Origin: Adineta vaga
Lineage: Eukaryota > Animalia > Rotifera
Direction: 5' to 3'
DNA length: 64,000 nucleotides
NCBI GenBank assembly: GCA_021613535.1
Contig: CP075496.1
Span: 372,001 to 436,000 of the forward strand
Shown: one piece after another, positions 1 to 9,943 of the stretch
Layout: each line of letters begins with the position of its first letter
Position numbering within the stretch: position 1 is the first letter of the stretch
Notes under the pieces: model-generated
Database searches by the model: none
What the model was told of the DNA's origin: nothing
Seen by the model: the letters and a program-made list of their open reading frames with translations, nothing else
Program-made: the position numbers and the translations under genes

Positions 1-386
1 ATATTTTACAATATGATTTCAAGTATAGGACCTGTATTTAATGAATCCTTTGTTCTGACCTGACCTGACCTGACCTAATTAATTGCAATAATATTCTTAC
101 TCATTAATATATATTATTTTAGAATATCATTAGAACTCTAAACTTATTATTTTAATATTATAGATTCTCACAATGGAATCATAACAGAGATCTAAAAATA
201 GACTTTTTAATAGTGCGAATCATTCAATCGAGGATCAAGGTGATCTAGATGAGGAGTACTTGTGTTTTCTGATATTCGATAAAATACTATGATTAAAAGT
301 GATGCATATATTTTTCAATTTAGCATAAAATAGTTATTTCAAAAATCAAAATACGATTTTTCTTAGATTTTGCATTGAAGTTCGAT

Positions 387-803
387 TTAAATAAATTTGT
401 ATTTTAACCATCTAATTATAAAGTAAACAATCATTATGTAGAATAATACGATTAAGATAGCAAACCAACAAGCTGTTTTCTTCTTTTTCGTCGTCGTATT
501 TATTTGTTCTCGAGCTTTTTCTCTACATTCTTCTAAAATATTCTTTGGTATTAATTTGATTGATAATAAAATTAATAATGGAACAAGAATAAGATCATCT
601 AAATAGCCAAGAATGGGAATAAAATCTGGTATTAAATCGATTGGACTTAACAAGTATCCAAGTGTTATTATGATTGATAGTTTAGCATACCATGGTGTTT
701 GTTGATGTCGATAAACATAAGTTAATGTATAACTTTCAAGTTTTATTATTTGTACTTTTGCCTTCAAATTTTCAATTAATGATTTATACTTTCCACGATA
801 CAT
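387..803 (-). CDS. YkvA/DUF1232-family small membrane protein, bacterial type, intronless
   Basis: Signature TPWYAK...YLLSPIDLIPDFIPILGYLDDLILVP plus a hydrophobic C-terminus. Confidence 0.85.
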   Translation of the reverse strand: MYRGKYKSLIENLKAKVQIIKLESYTLTYVYRHQQTPWYAKLSIIITLGYLLSPIDLIPDFIPILGYLDDLILVPLLILLSIKLIPKNILEECREKAREQINTTTKKKKTACWFAILIVLFYIMIVYFIIRWLKYKFI

Positions 804-1112
804 CGATAGTTAGTCTCTACCTTCTTGTTTCATTACTTTCTTGTGTACGTATTAACGAAATAAAAAACACATGTCGTTTTTAAACAGGGAAAAAATATGA
901 TCATTCCACATATCTACTCCACTAGTTTAGTATAGATCATAGATCAAGAGAAAAAAAATGTCAAATCATCTCGTTCAGCCAATGAAGAGATGATTGAAAG
1001 AGATGGCGTTAGGCGATGAATGTAAAGAAATGTGTTGTTTGCAATAGGAAAACATCGTACCTGGTATTTCTTGAATTGATAAATGAAGGTTTGTAAATAC
1101 AATAAATAGAGA

Positions 1113-1168
1113 CTATCTTCAGATTGGGTGTGGGTGTCGTTATTCTCTTCACCCACACCCAAATAATC
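1113..1168. repeat. Telomere-like palindromic boundary element, site A
   Basis: ctatcttcaga-TTGGGTGTGGGTG-tcgttattctctt-CACCCACACCCAA; perfect 13-bp stem. Confidence 0.85.
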
Positions 1169-1571
1169 GTTTAACTCAACTTGAAGGTTTAACAAAAGTT
1201 TATTCCTTATCACTTTATAAAAATTAATTCATTGAAATTCCAATTCTGACAACAACTGAAGCAATTCGTCGACTTGATATGAATTACAATCCAGTAAACA
1301 CATTTCTTATGCTCTATTTTTCAAGAATATAACAGAAATCAGAATTTCTCAATCGAAAATCCCCGTTATTCCTTCACACATAGGTCTACTTGAAAAACTC
1401 TCATTTTTGGATTTATCTCATATACAAATAACTCGTGTACCAAGAAGTCTCTTGAATTTACCTTATCTTCAATATTTGGCTGTTCAAAATAATCCAATTT
1501 CTAAAGAAGAAGTTGATTCATTTAAAACAGATTTAATCAATCGACAATCAAAGATTAATTTACTCATCTAA
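1162..1571 (+). pseudogene. 5'-truncated leucine-rich-repeat gene fragment (not in ORF track)
   Basis: Manual translation: NNRLTQLEGLTKVYSLSLYKN*FIEIPILTTTEAIRRLDMNYNP, frameshift, then FKNITEIRISQSKIPVIPSHIGLLEKLSFLDLSHIQITRVPRSLLNLPYLQYLAVQNNPI...LLI*. One in-frame stop and one frameshift. Confidence 0.75.
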
Positions 1572-1690
1572 TTTATTTTTTATTTTTTTATTCATTTTAT
1601 AATGAGAATATCAATAAAAGTTCATTGATTAAACGTCTGTTTCTAAATCTGAAAAGATTAACACTACAGAGACAAATTACAAAATGAATA

Positions 1691-1753
1691 GAGTGTGGAT
1701 GTCATTATTCTCTTTGTCCATACCGCCACCACCCACACCCACACCCTCAACAT
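1691..1753. repeat. Telomere-like palindromic boundary element, site B
   Basis: gagtgtggatgtcattattctcttt...acccacacccacaccctcaacat; loop nearly identical to site A. Confidence 0.8.
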
Positions 1754-1862
1754 TTTTTCAAATAATGTATTATTACTTTGATATTGTTGTTTATTTACTT
1801 ATTATTTCATGTTATGGCTTGACAAAATAAAACAAGTAACGCTCATCCTTTGGATTCGCCGA

Positions 1863-3228
1863 CCCTATTCTGAAAGAATGATAAGAGCGCCCATTAAAGC
1901 CCTCAAGCTGGGCCTAGACTTGACCGGATCCCGGTCCAAGCAAACTTTTTACATAAAAGCTTTTCAAAAGTGCTCTTCATCTTTTCACCATTTCAAAGTA
2001 TCATTAAATCATTTATCAAAAGAGAAAAGCAAAAAAAAGTACTGTTTGTAAATATTTATGGATCTGACCGCTTGATACTTCTTAAAAATGCATTACCCGT
2101 ATTTATTTGCCTTTCTAGAAGGCTCATAAACAAACGTCTAATCGCCAACGCGCGCAGTCTATTTTCTATATTCCTTTCAATCGTATGAGTATAGTGTGAG
2201 AGATTCGCTCATCATAGTAGATCAATGCACAACCAAAGACTTAGAAAATTTGCATGATCGCGTCGTTTCTAGTGTAGATTTCATTCTCTTTTTCATTTTC
2301 TAAGGAAACAGAACTTTGTCGGTTCCGTTTTCGTAGATCATCAAGTAAGTGACTTCGAAGAAACGTACAAAGCACATGAAAGTCATTCAAATCCATATTC
2401 TGAAGTATCGCTCTCTAAGTCCACGCCTAGTCATTCGTCGGCCTCCCTCCGCCACTGTAAAAAATAAACGTAGAATACAGAACCCTTCAAAAGGGTTTAT
2501 TAGTTACTAATGCCCTATCATAAACCCTTTCATCAACCTTTCCAGCTAATCAACCCTATGAAGGGTATTTTATACGTTGCACTTTCTTGCACTTTTAGGG
2601 TATATGAGTACTGATTAAATCATCAAGGGTTTATGAACCCGATAAACCCTTTGTAAATCCGTTCAATAATGTACCCTTCTGAAGTAAATGACGAATAGAA
2701 AACGCTTTTCTGTATCAAAGTGCAACGTATAAAATACCCTTCATAGGATTGATTAGCTGGAAGGGTTTTGTATTCTACGTTTATTTTTACAGTGCGGTTG
2801 GCCACTTACGACTAGCCGTTAACATGAACGCCTTCATTGTTTCGTCTACTTTTGATTCACTTGCAAAACGAATAACTGAATTTCCTTTGGTCTTCTCTGC
2901 AAAAGGCACTGACGTTGTATTACTATAAAGGATTCGAGTTCCTCGACCTCGATTACCTTTTGCTAATCGATTTCTTATAATCATTCTTAAGTTTTCATTG
3001 ATTGATAGATTGCTGAAATCTGATTGGATTAAAGCATCCATCCTCTCTAATGCTGCAATCCTATTGGTTAAAACCGGCATTTCAAATAACCCTTAATGGT
3101 CGAAACCCCGATCCAAAATAACCTCGCTGAATCAAGCTATCAAGTCAAGAAGTGTGATTGGCTTGGACAAACAAACAAACTTTAACGATTTTTAACGAGC
3201 CTATAACCCTTTCTTTCAGAAAAGGGAA
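1863..3228. mobile_element. Non-autonomous repeat element, same family as 30575-31128
   Basis: 2010-2210 aligns with 30575-30805. Both copies contain gattcgag(t/a)tcctcgac and end in ataaccc(c/t)tttctttcagaaaagggaa. ccctattctgaaagaa at 1863 is an imperfect inverse of the right end. Confidence 0.55.
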
Positions 3229-4550
3229 TGAACAAACGACTAGAAATTATCGACTTTGTTAGTAATGCAGCATCTGCACCACAAAACGAACAACTATCAT
3301 GTATGCTAACCAGAGCTCCGCGGGACAACTAAAAACTCGTCCCGTTCCGCTTCATTTTAAGCTTTCTTCTTCAATCTAGATAATTTATTTTAACACTTAA
3401 GTATTTTAAAGTACCACGGCCATAACAAAAAATGTATTTTTATCACAAAAAATTCCGTGCTCCATAAGAAGTATAAGTTTGAATACTGCTCATCGAGTTA
3501 CTGATCTGACAAAAAGCATGTTGTTGAGATTTTCGGGATTGGTTGAAGATCGACGCTCGCTCATAACGAGCCCACCACTACTAAACTCACGTTCAACTGA
3601 CGTTGTTGTTGCAGGAATGCAATGAATCATTCGTGCCAATTTGGATAATAACGGTAAATTGTTGTGGTTTGCCTTCCAGAATATTAAAGGATTGTCGACG
3701 AGCAGCTCAGAATCTATAAAGATTGATAAGTATTTGTCAACTTCATCATATTCTGATTCTTCATATTCTTGACCAAATCTTTTTTTCTTAAGAGGTGGCT
3801 CACCTTTTTCATTTCGTTGAATTAACCGCTCTGATTCTCGATTATGCAACAAACGTTTTAGTTTTTCGAGTTCAGCTACTTCTTTCAACTGTCTTCGCAC
3901 ATAACTTTTGCAAGAATCAATTTGAGCAGTGGAATATTTGCGAAGATATCTGTATCTTGGATGAAGAAATGCTGCTGCAAAATGGATGGGCTCCAAGATA
4001 AACATAGACTCCAATAGTTCAAGTAAACGAAGACGAAAGAATCGAATGCCTGAAAGCAAAAAATTGTTTAGTTTCAGTTTTTATACAAGTATTCATTCAG
4101 TATATTAACACTAAACTTACCATTCGTCTCCTCGGATTCTATATCATATTCATTATCATCGCCTTCTCTTCTTTTCCTTGAGAAACTGTCATAATCATCG
4201 TTTTCTCTGTTGAAATAGACTATATTTTCGAACGAACTTAATACTTTACGTAAAGTCATAACACAAATAAGAATTAAATACAAAGATGATTCATTTCCTT
4301 TTTGTACGATGGTTATAATATGCTTGAATGGACGTAATAAATAGATAAGACGTTTAATAATTAATTGATCAATTAAAAATGGTTTTTTCTTCTCCTGTAA
4401 AATCTTTTTTGTTTCTTTAAAAGATAGTAGCTGCCTAATTCGACTTATAATATAAATGGATTTTCATTAATATATATCTATACATCTATAAACAGATATA
4501 GATATAGATATATACATACCTCACCCATGTTAGTTTACGAATATAGGAAT

Positions 4551-4600
4551 AGGGTGGGTGTTAGTATTACATCTATCTAACACCCACACCCTCAAAATGG
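4551..4600. repeat. Telomere-like palindromic boundary element, site C
   Basis: aGGGTGGGTGTTAG-tattacatctat-CTAACACCCACACCCTCAAAATGG. Confidence 0.85.
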
Positions 4601-5168
4601 TATTAGCGGTCAAATCAATGGTAAGATTATTGACTGAATTAGTAACAAATGTATCAATTATTTTCTTATCTGAATTAGATTTTGAGTTGGCGATTGGTTT
4701 CTTTATGATTTTTATGCTAGAAATACAATTATACGTTGATGTGATGTTGGTTTGGTTAACAGTTGAATTTTGTTGGTTAAGAGACGTATTATCGTTAGAT
4801 TGATTAATAGGATTGAATGTTGATTTATGTTTAGACATTGCATTAATAAATGAATTAATCTTTGAATTACAATATCCACTTGAAGAGATATTTGGTAAAT
4901 TAATAATTGAATTATAAATACGTTTATTGACACGATTATTTGTTGGGTTACTGCTTGGTCGTTTGTTCAATTGATTGGTTAAATTAATGAAAGATTTATT
5001 ATTTGAGATTATCTTAGTTGAATCAATATTGGTATTTTTTGTCAAGGTTTTGTTAAATATGTTTGTTCAGTATCTGATTGGAAATATGACGAAACTTATT
5101 GCAAGTTGATCTGATTTTATTTGCATATTGCAATTGAATAGGTGTTAAATTATATTTTATTTCTTCTT

Positions 5169-5452
5169 TTTTCAAGACCAGATGTAAATGATCCATGAAC
5201 GCAGAAACAAAGAAAGGAAAGAAACTGTCATCTGGCATCTATTTCAACCAGAAAATTTGATAGATACCGCCAACAAGAATGAAATTACATTTCTAATCGT
5301 TAGTATGATATTAAATTCATCGAAGTGGTATCGGTAGTGTTTCTGATTGGATTAGATGGCAGATGACAATTTTTTCCTTTCTTTGTTTCTGTATTCATGA
5401 ATCATTTAACATCTGGTCTTGAAAATGAAGGGTTATCCTTCGAAACGTCGGC
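5169..5452. repeat. ~100-bp inverted repeat followed by a degenerate hammerhead-like motif; possible Penelope-like pLTR remnant
   Basis: 5169-5268 is an imperfect inverse of 5327-5426, followed by cttgaaaat-gaagg-gttat-ccttc-gaaacgtcgg. Confidence 0.5.
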
Positions 5453-6969
5453 AGGATCTTGTCTAAAAGATTTTCTTATTTTCTTGTAAATTATTTAATT
5501 TACTAAATAAATTATTACTTAATTAAATCATGTATTGATTTTTTTTAATTAATACTTGAATATTATTTAGATAATGAAATTAAAAGCCGCTGTAATCAGT
5601 ATCAAATTTATACTCAAATTGTTACCCATAAAGAAGTGTAATTCCAAAACAATTAAAGTAAGAAGAGAAAACAAAACTTACCACAATGATACTTTCAGCA
5701 CTTTTATCTTCTTCTACAAATGGAGAGCAACAAAGATCATACGATCGATATTCAAATTGATCATTAACGAATGTTGCAGCAACTACAAGATAAGAAACTT
5801 GATGGATAGGATCGCTCCATAAATCAGGACAAAATGTAACAGCATCACTCTCAAGACGTTCAATTAGTTATTTAGTAATACGAACACGATGTTGATCGGC
5901 AAGTTTAGCTATATGTGCAGCGGTTACATCAGCACCTCTAAACGCTTGATCAACATCAATATAACCACGACGAGCACATTAAAGAAAAGATTAAGCAGAA
6001 AATATTAGAATTTTAAGATCAAATACTTACCGATTGAAATACATTCTTGGATTAATCGCCGAAGACCTTGATCTTCAAGAACTGAAAATGCACGAATACT
6101 TTGACAAACCCATTCTGCTTGCAAATCCTTTATCTTCATAATTTCAGGTGCTTTTAAAATCGGTGATTGTGCTGCATAAAACGTGGTTAAACATCGTTGC
6201 GCCGAAGATGTTCCATTTGGTGCTAATCTTTTATTTCTGTCTTTTGAAACTTCGCAATCGTGTTGATTGGGTAATCTAGTACTGTTTGATACAAATGAAT
6301 ACGTTGAAAAACAGTTGCGATATGAAACAAATCCACCAATTCGTTCTGCATCACCATTATCATTGATAACAGAAGGAAATCCAAACAAATTCCAACGATT
6401 AGAAGTGCGTTTGCCTATATTTTCATTAATAATATATTCATTAGGTTTTGTTTTGAGCATGGATTGAATTTCAGCACAAGTGGCTTTATGCCAATTACCA
6501 GGAGAAGAGGGTGATGAATTAACCGATGTCACATGTGAATCACGAGGTTTCGCGTTTCTAACGCGCGATATGCAAACCGGTGACAATGACAAAATTTCAG
6601 GAGAAGACATAATGTTGTTTGTTTAATTGAATTACAAGTGTTACTTTGTGAAAATCAAAATACATTAAATAGACAGACAATGAAAAACGAAAAGTGTGAG
6701 TCGTGGGGCTGAGTCGCCGCCGGTTTTTGGGAAAAAATTACGGCCGCGGCCACCGCCGTGATAAAAATTTAAACATTCGACTTTCCAACATTTTCAGTAC
6801 TCTAAACTAACTTTTAGATTTCTCCTGACTTAATTGTATGAATCCTCGTCGCCGAAAAACATTTTTGCCTTGCAAGGTGCAGCAAAAGTGAGGGTAAGGA
6901 GAACAAATTCTTTCGGCAAAGACGAACACAACCGTCCTTGTGTTTGTTACTCTTGAACTTCCACAATAT

Positions 6970-7630
6970 CAGGTATGCATATATCATACAGTGAATATTA
7001 TTTATTAAACTATCCAATTATCCAATCAAAGAATCAAACGTTGCAACGTCAATCAGTAATCAAAGGTATGCACATTGATGCAGTAAATATTATTTATTAA
7101 ACTATCCAATTATCCGATCAAAGAATCAAACGTTGCAACGTCAATCAGTAATCAAAGGTATGCACATTGATGCAGTGAATATTATTTATTAAATAATCAA
7201 ATTATCCGATCAAAGAATCTAACGTTGCAACGTCAATCAGTAATGAAAGGTATGGACATTTATGCAGTGAATATCATTCATAAAGTAATGAAATTATCCG
7301 ATCAAGGAATCTAACGTTGCAACGTCAACCAATATTAAAAGATAGGGAAATACTATGCAGTGAGTATTATTTATTAAATAATCGAATTATGTGATCAAGA
7401 AATATAACGTTGCAACGTCAACCAATATTAAAAGATAGGGAGATACTGTGCAGTGAGTATTATTTATTAAATAATCGAATTATGTGATCAAGAAATATAA
7501 CGTTGCAACGTCAACCAATATTAAAAGATAGGGAAATACTATGCAGTGAGTATTATTTATTAAATAATCGAATTATGTGATCAAGAAATATAACGTTGCA
7601 ACGTCAGTCAGTAGTAAAAAGTATGCACTT
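6970..7630. repeat. Minisatellite, 7 units of 92-93 bp
   Basis: Core aacgttgcaacgtc starts at 7037, 7129, 7221, 7313, 7406, 7499, 7592. Confidence 0.95.
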
Positions 7631-8669
7631 TCATATTTTAGATAAGCAAATACAAAAACGAAAATTTGATCTTGGTAAGATGATGCAAAAAGAAACTGAA
7701 CAAAGCTGCGCTGATATCATTCTTTGTTAGTTTAATTCTGCTAGTGTTTGACAAATTGAAGGTACATGATACTTGTAGGATTTAAAGTAAGATTAACTGA
7801 AGGGTAGTACTACGCAGAATACTTCTTTGTTGAAAAAAAAAAGCAAGATTAATTTTTTTGCCCCGAAGGACCCACCACACTCTCTTCTCTCTAAATACGT
7901 ATAGATTTTTTCCAAAAACGACTGCATGAGTTTATATAGACGTATCGGAAAGATTTCTGACACTACCACCGTTTTTGTTGCAGTTTTCATATTTTTAGTG
8001 AGGTTTTGGATTGTGAAAAAAAAGGATTACGTTTTTAATGACCAGCGTGGAAGTAAAGACACTTTCATCATATCTGCGACTTATGTGTACAGATTTCGAA
8101 GATCAATAGCATTTTCTCAGAACATCATTTTTGAATATTAGAATTGGGATAATGTTCACTCTACTCAAAATGCATCCAATATTTTGGGCTCGGAAGATTC
8201 AAGTAAAGAAAAATGTTTCTCCGAACGGTCGTAGTATACTTAATCTTCAGGTCAGAAACACAAAATTCAGTAGCCCCGAGCGATAGTTTCAGTACTAATT
8301 TGAGGTAGTGATCATTAAAATATTTATAAAATATGCATGAATGAGCAACTGCAAATTCAGTTCGGAACATACTGAGACAGAGTTACCGTTTATTCAAAAC
8401 AAATTCAATCCTTGTAGAAAGGTTCCGCCTGAAGTTAGCACAGTGTCTCAAAACTCGATAGATTGGTACGGACACGGATTTGACAGGAAAAAACACGCTA
8501 AAACTTTTATCACAAGAGTTTTGCGGCGAACTATTTATCACTGAACATTTTTTAATGCCTCTCAAAGCTTTCACAGAAAACAGTATAGTTTTAGGTTTCA
8601 GTAAACTTCAGGTAATCGAACCAAAGGCGGTATCAGGGTCGTGCTGAACATAACATATATAATAAGCTA

Positions 8670-9148
8670 CACACTACAAAAATTGGTGCTCTACTGAACT
8701 TCTAAAAAGGGTTCCGTCCTTACAAAAAAGACTGCAAATACGTCCACGGTTTCGAAGACGGAATAAAAAATTCTACAAAACCATTAAAGGATCGTACCGT
8801 GTACCGAGAGAAAGAATCTTTTGCTACGAAACCTGTTTTTGACTTCAGGAAACCAGAAAAAGGTTTCGGAGGAAAATACGAAGGCTACAGCTTCAGATAA
8901 AAACCTAATGGTTCCTTACTAAACCTCAGTGTTCTTGTGGAGATAAATGCGAAACCTTTTTTTGGTGTCTTGAACTCAAAAACAGGTTTCGTAGCAAGAG
9001 ATTCTTTCTCTTGGCACACGGTACGATCCTTTAATGGTTTTGTAGAATTTTTTATTGCGTTTTCGAAACCGTGGACGTATTTGCAGTCTTTTTTGTAAGG
9101 ACGGAACCCTTTTTAGAAGTTCAGTAGAGCACCAATTTTTGTAGTGTG
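8670..9148. mobile_element. MITE with ~190-bp terminal inverted repeats, CACTA/EnSpm-like ends, TA on both flanks
   Basis: ta|CACACTACAAAAATTGGTGCTCTACTGAACTTC...GAAGTTCAGTAGAGCACCAATTTTTGTAGTGTG|ta. Confidence 0.9.
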
Positions 9149-9403
9149 TAAAGTATAGCCATACATCATGATGCTGGTTAAGGCTACTTTGAAGTTCTTC
9201 ATAAATGTGGAAAAATGAAACTCCTGGAAGCCAATATTATGCATTTAATTAATACAACGCTCGCGATTGGAGAAAGCACTAGTCGGCCGAAATGAGAACC
9301 ACCATTAGAATCATGAAAGTTTTATTTTTGAAAGCAAAACTCCGGAGAAGAAAATTTCGAAAAAAAAATTTAAACAGAAAAGGGTCTTTGATCACTTTCG
9401 AAT

Positions 9404-9470
9404 ATGGATGGTATTTGTGACTTCAGAGTAAAATGCACATCCGTTCATCACCCACACCCACCCTTACGCA
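9404..9470. repeat. Boundary element site D (right arm clear, left arm decayed)
   Basis: cacccacacccaccctt at 9449-9465, about 480 bp upstream of the NRPS-PKS start. Confidence 0.55.
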
Positions 9471-9943
9471 TATACGGATGAAAAAGTATTTTTTCAGTTT
9501 AAGTAATACAGTGATACGTATATTCAGCGAGAAGGATGCAAGAACTAAGTACTCTAATACTCATCTCCTACTTCACTGTACTTGATTCGTCCTTAATGAC
9601 ATTTCATCTGTGCCTCTATTTGCATTCTAATACTATTTAGTTTGCACTCTTATCCTCGGAGAACGGGTGAATATATGAAATATATCATCCTATTGCATTC
9701 TGTCCACGCAGTCTATCAATACTTATGTGACGCTTAACTATATATCAGTTGTATTCGGTTTTTACTCCCATCCATGTTCTGCTGCACTCTAAAATGTTTC
9801 TGAAGTAAAATGACTGTCACTTTTCCTCTTTTGTGAACATCCCTTCCTTTACTGTAGTAGAAAGGAACTTATTTGTGAAGAAAACCCGTAGGGCACATGA
9901 TATAAAGAATTTAGATGTTTGCAGATTAAAATAAAAGTGATTT

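Larger units (their letters stand above)
3490..6610 (-). pseudogene. hAT-superfamily transposase, disrupted
   Basis: 5' exon 6610-6005 (IRAFSVLEDQGLRRLI, Hermes-like DNA-binding region). Exon ~5970-5683 reads TK*LIERLESDAVTFCPDLWSD...SYLVVAATF (first catalytic Asp, one in-frame stop). 4430-4120 reads LLRPFKHIITIVQ. 4050-3490 has AAAFLHPRY and the hATC motif FWKANHNNLPLLSKLAR...PATTTSVEREFS. The middle is replaced by unrelated DNA. Confidence 0.9.

Noticed and set aside
57-78. (CTGAC)n pentamer run
   Set aside because: Short microsatellite at the window edge with no interpretable context.
2787-3080. 97-aa ORF as a candidate recombinase for the sites
   Set aside because: No tyrosine/serine recombinase, HUH or DDE motifs; it lies inside a non-coding repeat. 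No recombinase was found anywhere in the window.
6970-7630. CRISPR-like appearance (regular palindromic repeat)
   Set aside because: Intervening sequences are homologous to each other, there are no cas genes, and the context is eukaryotic.
7790-8650. Short ORFs and weak inverted similarity left of the MITE
   Set aside because: No recognisable protein or definable termini; probably decayed transposon DNA.
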